From positions 1-61,659 of the forward strand of contig MNVH01000011.1 of NCBI GenBank assembly GCA_001871595.1: a stretch of DNA of 61,659 bases, read 5' to 3'. Below the pieces are notes generated by a model. The model was given only the letters and a program-made list of their open reading frames with translations, did no database searches and was not told where the DNA came from. This stretch comes from Candidatus Micrarchaeota archaeon CG1_02_55_22. Lineage in GTDB: Archaea; Micrarchaeota; Micrarchaeia; Norongarragalinales; UBA97. The position numbers were made by a program, and so were the translations under genes. Below are positions 51,461-60,288 of the stretch, piece by piece (the stretch's first letter is position 1; every line of letters begins with the position of its first letter).

Positions 51461-52169
51461 TTGTCTTGCGTGAGAGCGGACCGAGCACGGCCATCAAAGC
51501 GTTTAGTTCTTCGGTCGAAGGCTTCGAGCGTTCGACGACGTTGTTGAATGCGCGGGCAACTTTCTTCGGGTGTTCTACGCTGGAAAGTGATTCGGCTATC
51601 GCCTTGAAGCGCCGTTCGATGCGTTCTCGCTCGGTGCGGTTGGCGGGGTGCGTTTTGGTTTCGAGCTCTTGACTTGAAGAATAGAGTTCGTAGAGCACTA
51701 CTGCCACGGCGTGCGACAGGTTGAGGACGTGGTGCTCGGGGCTCGTTGGAATCGTGACAATAGCGTCGCAGTACTGTATCTCTTCGCGTGAGAGACCAGA
51801 AGATTCGCTGCCGAACACTAGCGCTATGTTGCCGTGGCCGCTGCAAAAGCGTGCAAGCTTTTTTGGCGCTAAAGTATTTTTGAGGCTTCCCCCGTATCTT
51901 TCTAGTATACCGGTTGTCCCAATCGCGGCATTGCAGCCTTTGACTGCTTCTGCAAGCGTTTTGACTCGCTTGGCGGTCTTCAGGAGGTCTTGTGAGTGTT
52001 TGGCGAAAAGCGTTGCGTCAAAGCCCTTGCCAGCCGCGGGTTCGACTAGGTAGAGCTCTTTTGCTCCAAAGTTCTTCATTACCCGGCATACGCTGCCGAC
52101 GTTGAGGTCGTGTTCTGGGCGTACGAGCACGACACGCAAACCGGTAGGCTTTTTTAAACCGTTTGACAT
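51408..52169 (-). CDS. SpoU/TrmH-family RNA 2'-O-methyltransferase (TrmJ-like)
   Basis: Motifs LRVVLVRPEHDLNVGSVCRVMKNFG, ALVFGSESSGLS and VTIPTSPEHHVLNLSHAVAVVLYE. Confidence 0.75.
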   Translation of the reverse strand: MSNGLKKPTGLRVVLVRPEHDLNVGSVCRVMKNFGAKELYLVEPAAGKGFDATLFAKHSQDLLKTAKRVKTLAEAVKGCNAAIGTTGILERYGGSLKNTLAPKKLARFCSGHGNIALVFGSESSGLSREEIQYCDAIVTIPTSPEHHVLNLSHAVAVVLYELYSSSQELETKTHPANRTERERIERRFKAIAESLSSVEHPKKVARAFNNVVERSKPSTEELNALMAVLGPLSRKTTTRSVLTGSGSARKKSR

Positions 52170-52180
52170 ACCATTTGTTT

Positions 52181-53455
52181 ATGGGTGTAACGAGTATAAA
52201 ACTTGCCGCGCTAGCGCTGCTGTTGTTCGCCGTTCCAGCCTTGGCACTTTCGAGTGCCCAAGTCCTTGATGCGGTAAACGGTGAGAAGGGTTATTTGAGC
52301 CAGGGTGAAAGCGCCAGCCTCTTGTTGGATAGGCCGCTTGATGTCGAGGGTGGTAATTACTGGGTCGTCTATACGTATTTGACGTCCAACCCCAACACCA
52401 GGAATGCTTACCTCGTGGTGGATGATGCCTCGGGTGCGCTCGTAACGGAGAACGACGTATTGCTCAGCGTCTTTGCAGTGGTTGCCGGGTATGATTACCT
52501 GACCACGCTTGAGTCGAACTCCTTGTCAGCAGACGATTTGAACGTATTTCTTTCTGAAGCAGGCAGCGGGCTTGACGGCCTTGAATCAAAGTACCGGACA
52601 ATAGTGACGAACCAGCTCGCGGACAAGTACGACACGTTCGACTTTTCACCCCTACAGACGGGCTTGGAGGACTTGCGGGCAAAGCACGATGAGGCGCGTG
52701 ACTCGGTTAACGCAGTCTTCGAACAGCGCCAGACTTTCAAAACATTCTATTCCAACTATGATTTAGAGAGCTACATAAAATCTTACAACGAGTCGTTCTC
52801 ACGTTTTTCAGCCGTGTCGCGCGCTTCCAAGGCGTACGATCAAGCGGTGCGTGACAAGATTGACGAGGCAACAAACTCGCCAACCTTGAATTTTTCTGAC
52901 AAGCAACAGCTCAAGGACGGGTTGGAGAAGCTGTTTACTTCCGGCAACTACGAGGCATTCTACAAGAGTGTTGTAGAGCCCGGTAGCAATAAGGCTTCAG
53001 CGTCACTGGCCGCGGCAAGGCTCGGCGTTGCACGTCAAGCAGAGTCCACGCGTTACGTGGTTGCCAAGAAGGAGGCCGAGCACGCTTATTCAAAGGAATT
53101 GGTAAACCGGGTTTCAGATTTGCTTTCTTCTTCCAACGCCGGTGTAATCCGTTCGTGTGGTTTGGATTCCGCGCCCTTGAAAGAGGCTTGGGTGGAGTTG
53201 CGTGCTTTGATGGAGAATCCGTCTAACTCGTCAATTGATTCCTATGGTACTGTGCCGGCAATTGCCGCGTCCGTGTCTGTCCTTGCCGACTCGTTGCAGT
53301 CGTCGTTAGAGGAGTGCATTAATGCGCCGAACGTTGACGGAACGCCTGCAGCACCTGATTATTCGTTGGTGTACGCTTTCGTTTTGGTGGTCGCCGTCGT
53401 CGGTGCCGCCGTCGTATTATACCGCCGTTACCGCCAAGCGCAGGAGGAACAGTAG
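52181..53455 (+). CDS. Secreted helical surface protein with a C-terminal membrane anchor, hypothetical
   Basis: Signal-like IKLAALALLLFAVPALALS, then a long helical ectodomain. The C-terminal TM helix (VYAFVLVVAVVGAAVVLY) is followed by a basic tail RRYRQAQEEQ. Confidence 0.6.
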   Translation: MGVTSIKLAALALLLFAVPALALSSAQVLDAVNGEKGYLSQGESASLLLDRPLDVEGGNYWVVYTYLTSNPNTRNAYLVVDDASGALVTENDVLLSVFAVVAGYDYLTTLESNSLSADDLNVFLSEAGSGLDGLESKYRTIVTNQLADKYDTFDFSPLQTGLEDLRAKHDEARDSVNAVFEQRQTFKTFYSNYDLESYIKSYNESFSRFSAVSRASKAYDQAVRDKIDEATNSPTLNFSDKQQLKDGLEKLFTSGNYEAFYKSVVEPGSNKASASLAAARLGVARQAESTRYVVAKKEAEHAYSKELVNRVSDLLSSSNAGVIRSCGLDSAPLKEAWVELRALMENPSNSSIDSYGTVPAIAASVSVLADSLQSSLEECINAPNVDGTPAAPDYSLVYAFVLVVAVVGAAVVLYRRYRQAQEEQ

Positions 53456-53456
53456 T

Positions 53457-54461
53457 ATGGGGCAGTACGACGTTCCTAATACTCTCGGGCCTAAGACTAT
53501 TAAAGAGCTTGAAGAGAAAACGCGGTTTATTACGGGCAAGCGCAAGATTTCCGAGTTCGTCACCGCGATTACCGGCCGGAAAGAGATCCCCCTTAAGTTT
53601 GAGTACTTGGGCGAGGGCGCGGACCGTTACGAGAAAGTGCTGGATGACGAGGACTACTCTGACGCTTTCAATGAAGCCGAGACTATCCGGTCGCTTTCCA
53701 ATAATATAATTAAAGCTACTTGGCGCACCAAGGCAAACTTGGTTTATGTCGGTTGTGGTAACGGGATGAAGGTCTTGCCTTTGCTTCACGAGTTTGGTAA
53801 GACTCATAATCCGTTGAACTATGCTTTGCTTGACATAAGCCCCTCAATGCTTTTGAAAGCGTACAAGAACACGCGTCAGAATTATAAATCGCAGATTATA
53901 ATTCGGTGTTTTGAGTGGGATTTCGAGGAAGGAAATTTTGCTTATGTTACGGATTATTTAAAGAAGAACGGCGACCCCTTGAACTTGATACTGTTCTTGG
54001 GAAATACCATCGGGAACCTCTCGGATCGGGCGCGTATTCTCGCTAATTTTCGTGAGAGTATGTCGTTCAACGATTATTTGCTCATAACCTTCCACATGGT
54101 GCCCCGCCATCCGGAGGAAGCTATCCGGGTCTATTCTAGCAGCGCAATCACGAGCTGGCTTACAACCGCGTTGGATAATATTGGGATAGATTCTACTGCA
54201 GGCACCATAAAGGTGAGCTACGACAAGAAACGGCGACAAGTGGAGTTTCATTTTAATCTTACTCGCGATGTTTCCGGTTCTCTCGACGACCGGGAAGTCA
54301 ACTTGCACAAGGGCCAGAAAGTCCTTCTTGCCACGTCGCACAAGTTCTCGCGCAGCGAGATAAGGAGCCTATTGAACGTCGCGGGCTTTAAGATTAAGTG
54401 GTTCCATTTGAACAAGGGCAGCACCATGGCCAACGTTTTGTGCCAGCCAAAGCAGCTCTAG
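53457..54461 (+). CDS. EgtD-like (Methyltransf_33) SAM-dependent methyltransferase
   Basis: Motifs LKFEYLGEGADRYEKVL...EAETI, VYVGCGNGMKV, LLDISPSML and LFLGNTIGNL resemble the histidine N-alpha-methyltransferase family. AGGAGGA lies upstream of ATG 53457. Confidence 0.5.
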   Translation: MGQYDVPNTLGPKTIKELEEKTRFITGKRKISEFVTAITGRKEIPLKFEYLGEGADRYEKVLDDEDYSDAFNEAETIRSLSNNIIKATWRTKANLVYVGCGNGMKVLPLLHEFGKTHNPLNYALLDISPSMLLKAYKNTRQNYKSQIIIRCFEWDFEEGNFAYVTDYLKKNGDPLNLILFLGNTIGNLSDRARILANFRESMSFNDYLLITFHMVPRHPEEAIRVYSSSAITSWLTTALDNIGIDSTAGTIKVSYDKKRRQVEFHFNLTRDVSGSLDDREVNLHKGQKVLLATSHKFSRSEIRSLLNVAGFKIKWFHLNKGSTMANVLCQPKQL

Positions 54462-55066
54462 TTCTTGCGCGCCAGTAGCACTACTAGTTTTTCGAAGAAG
54501 AACGACTCGCGGCCAATCTCTTCAACCGCGAAGCCTTGGTCTTCAAGTTTTTTCTTGGTTTCCTCATTGCCCTTGCCATCTTCCTCGCTAGATGCGAGCG
54601 ACGAGGATACGAGCAGGATAATTCCGTTATGGTTAAGGAAGTTGGCGACGGTTTTGATGAACAGGTCGCTCACGGCGCGGCCGTCGGGTCCGCCGTCGAA
54701 CGCCTCGTCCAGCAATCCCTTGACGTGCTCGTCTTGCGCCGTTGGCAGGTAGGGCGGGTTGAACATTATTGTGTCGAACTTGCCTTCCAAGTTGTTAAAG
54801 AGGTCGCTTTCGGTAAAAGAGGCTTTGGCCAAAACGCCGTTGCGTTGTGCGTTGCCGCGGCTGCACGCTATTGCTAGCGGGTTTATGTCGGCGAATACTA
54901 CTTCGTTGACTTCTGGCTTTAATGCAGCCGTGATTCCGGCGAGGCCGGTGCCGCAACCTAGGTCGAGTATTCTACAGTGTGCATGACGCGCTGCCGCTCC
55001 GGCTAGTAGGAGAGAGTCTTCCTCGGGTGCGTAGACGCCTTCGCACGGCTCAATCTTAATGTCCAT
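54458..55066 (-). CDS. HemK/PrmC/Mtq2-like N5-glutamine methyltransferase
   Basis: Motif I is ILDLGCGTGLAG and the catalytic motif is MFNPPYLPT. About 200 aa, the archaeal 'HemK-related' size. Confidence 0.7.
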   Translation of the reverse strand: MDIKIEPCEGVYAPEEDSLLLAGAAARHAHCRILDLGCGTGLAGITAALKPEVNEVVFADINPLAIACSRGNAQRNGVLAKASFTESDLFNNLEGKFDTIMFNPPYLPTAQDEHVKGLLDEAFDGGPDGRAVSDLFIKTVANFLNHNGIILLVSSSLASSEEDGKGNEETKKKLEDQGFAVEEIGRESFFFEKLVVLLARKN

Positions 55067-55075
55067 TTGCTCTGT

Positions 55076-56539
55076 TTACCGCCTTTTTCGTTTGCCTGCG
55101 AACCTTTTCTTTCCAGCGAAGCTTTTGTCCCTTGATGGCGCGCGGTCGAAGCGCGGTGTCAAAGGTTGTGGGCGTGACCCGGTAACGGGGAAGACTACGG
55201 TTTCTTCACCCCACTTGTACAACTCGTATTCTAGAGCGTTTGTCTCCAAATCGCGGACTTCGATGACGGGCCGTGCCAAGTCTTGTTCCCGCATTCCGGT
55301 CGGTGTCCGCACTATGAATGAGAGGACGTATGTTTTCGAGGGCCTTCCCTTTTCGATGAAGATTATGGTGTCGATTATTTGGGGTATGATTCCCAAATCT
55401 ATCTTGCCGAGGAAGCGTTGAAGGGCATCGATTGGCTTGGCTGCGTGTACTACGCCGAGCATTCCTACGCCGGACATGCGCAAGTCCGCGAAGGTGGTGA
55501 AGTGTTGGGGCTTTCTTACCTCGTCGAATATGGTGTAGTCCGGCCTGACGAGCAGGAGGATGTCTGTAGTCTCTTCAAAACTGCCTTCCAAGGGCGCGTA
55601 TTGTGTTACTTCTGGCCCGACTTGCAAGTCGCGCGGCTGTTCGAGCGTTTTCACTATCTTGCTCTTTGAAGAGTAGTAGTCCGCCATTGCCGTGACGAAA
55701 GTGCTCTTGCCGCTTCCCGGCGGCCCTGCGACAATCATTCCCTCGGCGGTTTCCTCAAGGCGCTTGCGCAGCTTGGGCGATATTTCGTAGTCCGAGAGCT
55801 TCATGTGCACCAGCGGCCTTACTATTGTCAGTTCTGGCGCTTCGGAGAACGGGGGTTTGGTGAAGACGATGCGGTACTCTCCGGCTTGAATCACGGTCGC
55901 GCCTTCCTTGTCGAGCTCGATGAAGCTGCGTGGCACGCGCTTGGAGTATTCCACTGCCTCGCGCACCATCGCGGATATTTCTTTGCTTGAAAACTTTTTG
56001 TCGGTTATCTCCTTGAGTACGAATTCTCCAGGCCGGCCTATCTTTGCCTTTGCGGGCAGGCCTTCCTTGATGTGTACGCTGAGCACGCCGGGGTGTTCGA
56101 AGAATTTGGCGAGCGATAACTGCACTGGCTCTTTCATCGGTTCTAGGTAGATTACGTCGATTCCTTCGGCTTCGGCCACTTGGCGCTGGATTTTGTCCGT
56201 CGTTAGGAGCGTTGCGCTGAATGCCTTGGCGAGGCCGCGAATCTTTGAGTCTATCTCGCCGAAACGTGCGCGTTCTATTTCGAACGCGCTCGGCCGCTCG
56301 CCCGCGAATTCGAGCGCTACCGTGCCCGCCTTTGCTAGTTCTGAGAGCTTTTTGAGTTCGGCAAGGCCTGAGACCCCGATTTCCCGACCGCTGTTGGCCT
56401 GGTACTCGAGTTCGGCGATGACGCTGTAGCTGACAATTATTTTTACGGGGTGCCCGCCAGCCCACTCTTTCTCGACGAGTTCGCTTATGCGTCCGTCAAT
56501 GAGTACGCCGGTGTCCGGGACTATTACTTTCTGGTTCAA
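55076..56539 (-). CDS. PIN-domain / P-loop ATPase / KH-domain protein (COG1855-type 'PilT-family ATPase')
   Basis: N-terminal PIN (VIVPDTGVLIDGRISELV), Walker A VAGPPGSGKSTF, and a C-terminal KH-like part with a basic tail. Confidence 0.6.
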   Translation of the reverse strand: MNQKVIVPDTGVLIDGRISELVEKEWAGGHPVKIIVSYSVIAELEYQANSGREIGVSGLAELKKLSELAKAGTVALEFAGERPSAFEIERARFGEIDSKIRGLAKAFSATLLTTDKIQRQVAEAEGIDVIYLEPMKEPVQLSLAKFFEHPGVLSVHIKEGLPAKAKIGRPGEFVLKEITDKKFSSKEISAMVREAVEYSKRVPRSFIELDKEGATVIQAGEYRIVFTKPPFSEAPELTIVRPLVHMKLSDYEISPKLRKRLEETAEGMIVAGPPGSGKSTFVTAMADYYSSKSKIVKTLEQPRDLQVGPEVTQYAPLEGSFEETTDILLLVRPDYTIFDEVRKPQHFTTFADLRMSGVGMLGVVHAAKPIDALQRFLGKIDLGIIPQIIDTIIFIEKGRPSKTYVLSFIVRTPTGMREQDLARPVIEVRDLETNALEYELYKWGEETVVFPVTGSRPQPLTPRFDRAPSRDKSFAGKKRFAGKRKRR

Positions 56540-56778
56540 TTTATTTCACCTATACTTGAAACTATCTTTTTTAATCTGCAAAACTGGTAACTCTCGGAAA
56601 ACTTGGTCTTCTAAGAAACAGGTAGTTGCTGACATTATAATATTACGCGACCACCTTTATAATGCCCATCGTAGCAGGTGTTTTGTGACTTATTAGCTTT
56701 GCCTTGCGAGGCAGTCAACGAACTTGTTTACGTCAAGTATTTAAGCGTTCTTTGTTTGATAGCTTTGCGAAGTGTGGG

Positions 56779-57471
56779 ATGAAGCAGGTTAAAATCAAGA
56801 TTGCTGGAGAAATAGCGCTCTCGCCGGATCCTGGGTCGGCCATGAAGAAGTGGCGCGAGGTGTTTGGCATTAGCCAGACTGAGCTCGCCAAATTCCTTAA
56901 GATTACTTCGAGCACGATTAGTGATTACGAGGGCAACCGACGCAAGAGTCCGGGAATCAACGTCATCCAACGTTTTGTTGATGCCATCGTTGAGATTGAC
57001 CGCCAGCGCGGTGGTGAATTGGTCAAGCGCTTCCAAGAAGCTGAATCCCCGCAAGAGTTTTTTGAGGCAATAAACTTCTCGCGCGCCATTACGGGCAAGG
57101 AGTTGGCGGATTTGATTGGCGCCAAGGCCGTTGCCTGCGCAGACAAGCTTCCTTCGGTCAATGTCTATGGCTGCACGATAATAGATTCAATCAAGGTCAT
57201 TCTCGAGCTGCCTTACGAGAGTTTCATGAAGATTTATTCTACCACGACGCAGCGCGCTCTTGCGTTCACGAACGTTGCCACGGGGCGTAGTCCGTTGGTT
57301 GCGATACGCGTCTCGCCAATCAAGCCCGCTCTCGTCGTGTTGCACGGGTTGAAGCCCGAGAAGGTGGACAAGCTCGCCATACGCATTGCCGAGAGCGAGG
57401 GCATCGTTCTTTTGTCTACCACTATGCCTTTGGAAGAAATGCGCGAGAACCTAGCGAAAATTCGGGCCTAG
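56779..57471 (+). CDS. XRE-type HTH transcriptional regulator with a C-terminal uncharacterised domain (COG1395-like)
   Basis: The HTH is MKKWREVFGISQTELAKFLKITSSTISDYEGNRRKSPG. Start set at ATG 56779. Confidence 0.6.
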   Translation: MKQVKIKIAGEIALSPDPGSAMKKWREVFGISQTELAKFLKITSSTISDYEGNRRKSPGINVIQRFVDAIVEIDRQRGGELVKRFQEAESPQEFFEAINFSRAITGKELADLIGAKAVACADKLPSVNVYGCTIIDSIKVILELPYESFMKIYSTTTQRALAFTNVATGRSPLVAIRVSPIKPALVVLHGLKPEKVDKLAIRIAESEGIVLLSTTMPLEEMRENLAKIRA

Positions 57472-58121
57472 AGCCGCACACAGAGCGTGATGCGGTGAAC
57501 GTCTTTTCCTTGCTTTGCGCCGATGAGCGTCGAGGTCTTGATGAAACTCTTGTTGCAGGCCTTTAAAGCCGAAACCGCGGCCTTTGCGCTGCCGACTTGT
57601 ATGTCTATTCCTTCCTTTTTCTCTTCGACGCCCGAGACGAAAGACTCTTTTTCGAGGCGTTTGACTAGTTTCTCGGCCAGCCGGCTTATTTGTTCGGGGC
57701 CGCCGCGTAATTGTATGAGCGCGAGGTGGTATCCGCCAGACTTGAGCGTACAATCCTTGCAGGTGCGCTTGTCGATGGTGACTTTGAGGCGCGCGCGTTT
57801 CTTGAATTCTTTGTCGCCGCCTTTGAAGATTGATTCTATTGTGGCGATGTAAGCCCCGCCCTTGGTCTTTTCGAGCTCGACTTTTACTTTATCGGCGTTG
57901 TTTTCCTTGGTGCGCGAGGAAACCAGTTTAGTCAGGGCTTTTTCTGAGTATTCGAACGATTCGTTTCCGACGCGTGCCGTGCCGCAGGCTGGGCAGGTTA
58001 CTACCGTGAAATCTTTTCCGGCAGTGACCGCGGGCTCCATGCTCGCCGTGCAGGCGGTGCAGAAAGAGCCCGAGAATTCGGCCTCATTTTCTTTCGTTCC
58101 GCAGGCTGGGCAGATTTTCAT
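57468..58121 (-). CDS. NMD3-family zinc-ribbon protein (short archaeal form)
   Basis: N-terminal MKICPACG...FCTACT and a second CPACG motif. 217 aa, about the size of the NMD3 N-terminal domain. Confidence 0.45.
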   Translation of the reverse strand: MKICPACGTKENEAEFSGSFCTACTASMEPAVTAGKDFTVVTCPACGTARVGNESFEYSEKALTKLVSSRTKENNADKVKVELEKTKGGAYIATIESIFKGGDKEFKKRARLKVTIDKRTCKDCTLKSGGYHLALIQLRGGPEQISRLAEKLVKRLEKESFVSGVEEKKEGIDIQVGSAKAAVSALKACNKSFIKTSTLIGAKQGKDVHRITLCVRL

Positions 58122-58194
58122 TGTATGTATAGTGCTGCCGATTGCATAAAAACCGTCTGCTACCGCCCCCTCGTTTTATAATGTTTTACACGCT

Positions 58195-58413
58195 ATGTTT
58201 TCATGGGGATTGAAGATGCCGAACATGTCTGAGGATTACGAGGAACTTGCAGCAGTTAATTCTGAGATTCGGTTCATCACTCTCGAGTTAATGAAGATTG
58301 CCGCAAAGCAGGGCAAGAGCTTCAATGTCATATTGCAGGAGTTCCGGCGCAATGCCTTCGTTACAAAGAAGGCGCTTTCCCAGGCGCGCGGTGGACCACG
58401 ACAGAAGGCGTGA
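58195..58413 (+). CDS. Small hypothetical protein
   Basis: A 72-aa ORF that looks helical, with in-frame alternative ATGs at 58216 and 58225. No family recognised. Confidence 0.35.
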   Translation: MFSWGLKMPNMSEDYEELAAVNSEIRFITLELMKIAAKQGKSFNVILQEFRRNAFVTKKALSQARGGPRQKA

Positions 58414-58437
58414 GCGTTTGGCTCTGGCGCTAGTGTT

Positions 58438-60252
58438 TTGGGGCGTTTGCTAGTGGCGGTTCAGCTTGCTACTGCGGTGCGGTCCCTTACTCGTGGAATG
58501 TCTTTCCAGTTGCCCCAGCTTCGTGCCGTGTTTGCATTCTTGTTGGCATGGTCTTTTTTAGCTGGATTCGCTTTGCACGCGGCGTTTCTTCGTTTGCCTG
58601 AAGCGTTCCTTTTCGGTGGTGCAGCAGGCCTCATTATTTTCGCTTTGCCCGCAGTTTCCGCTGCCGTCATCGCGGCTGGCGCGTTGTCGCGCAAGAGCTT
58701 CTGGTCGCAGATAAAGTACTTTCTCTTCACCGCAGTTGTGTCCACTCTGGTTGTCACAGTAATCTATGCAATTGCAACGCTGGCCTTCGGTTTCTCAAGC
58801 CCTAAAACGTACGTGCTTGTAGAGTTGGCTAACGCCATTGTTTACGTGATTTGGTTTGTTTCTCTGTTTGTTGCCTTGGGGAATGACAAGGTTCGTGCCG
58901 CGCTTATAGCCGCAATTCATCCTATAGCAAGCCTGGCCTTGCTGGTTTTGTGGAACAAGTGGGCCATTGTCGAGACGCGCATCGCTCTGCCATTCGTTTT
59001 GACCTTGCCGAAGCTTGCCCTTGCATCCGCAATCATCCTTGCCGCGTTCTGGTTCGTATTCTACCTGTTCAATGCGCCTACTAAACGCAACCTCGGTTTT
59101 TCGGGCGCGCAAGCGGTATCGCTCTTCTTTGCCCATTGGCTTAGGGGCAGCAGGGAGATAGAGCAAATTCTCGACGAAGCGGGCGCTGATGCGCAGACCA
59201 CTCTCGGAACGGTTGCCTTTAAGGACGCTTCGGGCAGATTGAAGGCATTGTTCCTCGCGCCGAACGTGCACTTCGGGCCGTACGGTGATTTGGGGGGAAG
59301 CGAGTTTCCGAGGTTCTTGACTGAACGTTTTGACGCAAGGTATGGTTGTACCACTCTAGTGTTTCATGGCACAGTGTATCATGACTTTAATCCAGTGTCA
59401 TCTTCCTCGTTCGCCAGCCTTTCGACCGCGTTTGATCGTGCACTGCGTTCGTGCAAACATTTTGAGTCAACGGGCGAAATTATCGAAGCACGGCGTGGTG
59501 CTGCCGATGTTGCGGGATTGCGTGTTGGGGGAAACGTTTTTCTCACGCTTTCACCCGCGCCCTACCCCACGGGCGATATTGATTACTCGGCGGGCGTGGC
59601 CTTGTCCAACGCTGCCGAGCGGGTCTTTGACTGTGTGGTTGTTGCAGACCGGCATAATTCTGCTGGCGAAATCGAGCCTTGGGGGGTCGGCAGCCGCGAG
59701 TATTCTGAGTTTGAAAACGCGGTGAGGGCGTTGCAGCCCGGGCGAGCGGGCAAGTTGTCTGTTGGTGTTGCCAAGGCAAGTTTGCCTTTTTCAGTGCGTG
59801 AGGGTGTTGGTGGTGCCGGGCTCCGCGTTGTAGTGCTCCGCGCCGGCAATAAGAGCGCTTGCTTTGCGGTATTTGACGCCAATAATATTTTGCCCGAACT
59901 CCGCGCGAAGCTCAAGACGCGGTTGAAGGGCTACGATTTTGCAGATATCTGTACTACGGATACGCATTCGGTCAACAGTCCAACGACTCCGAGCAACGCG
60001 CTCGGCCAGCGTGCTGATTGGGGCGTTCTTGAAAAGGCGTTGGTTGACGCTGTTGCCGAGGCCGAGGCAAGCGTCGAACCCTGTAGCGTCGCCGTTGCAA
60101 AGACGTCGTATAAGACGCGCGTTCTTGGTAGTAGCCAGGCCAACGAGCTCATCACCACGCTCAAGAGTATCTTTGCGATATTGCGCGTTCTCGCGCCCGC
60201 GGTCATAGCCGCGGCCATACTATTGGCTGCTGCGGCACTGCTGTTGGTTTAA
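58438..60252 (+). CDS. Polytopic membrane protein with a large soluble domain (DUF2070-like)
   Basis: The N-terminal about 230 aa has many TM helices. A roughly 330-aa domain (…NVHFGPYGDLGGSEFP…FHGTVYHDFN…) follows, then a C-terminal TM helix. The layout recalls the archaeal DUF2070 family. TTG start; an ATG at 58498 is an alternative. Confidence 0.4.
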   Translation: MGRLLVAVQLATAVRSLTRGMSFQLPQLRAVFAFLLAWSFLAGFALHAAFLRLPEAFLFGGAAGLIIFALPAVSAAVIAAGALSRKSFWSQIKYFLFTAVVSTLVVTVIYAIATLAFGFSSPKTYVLVELANAIVYVIWFVSLFVALGNDKVRAALIAAIHPIASLALLVLWNKWAIVETRIALPFVLTLPKLALASAIILAAFWFVFYLFNAPTKRNLGFSGAQAVSLFFAHWLRGSREIEQILDEAGADAQTTLGTVAFKDASGRLKALFLAPNVHFGPYGDLGGSEFPRFLTERFDARYGCTTLVFHGTVYHDFNPVSSSSFASLSTAFDRALRSCKHFESTGEIIEARRGAADVAGLRVGGNVFLTLSPAPYPTGDIDYSAGVALSNAAERVFDCVVVADRHNSAGEIEPWGVGSREYSEFENAVRALQPGRAGKLSVGVAKASLPFSVREGVGGAGLRVVVLRAGNKSACFAVFDANNILPELRAKLKTRLKGYDFADICTTDTHSVNSPTTPSNALGQRADWGVLEKALVDAVAEAEASVEPCSVAVAKTSYKTRVLGSSQANELITTLKSIFAILRVLAPAVIAAAILLAAAALLLV

Positions 60253-60288
60253 AAGCCGTCGTGGCATATAATTTCTAGTGGGAATAAA

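Noticed and set aside
56540-56778. A/T-rich 239-nt divergent spacer with a near-repeat AAAACTGGT/AAAACTTGGT and a small hairpin TGCCT-TGCG-AGGCA (56700-56713).
   Set aside because: It is probably just two divergent promoters (TTATAAT-like boxes), possibly with an operator for the adjacent HTH regulator. The repeats are too short and imperfect to claim more.
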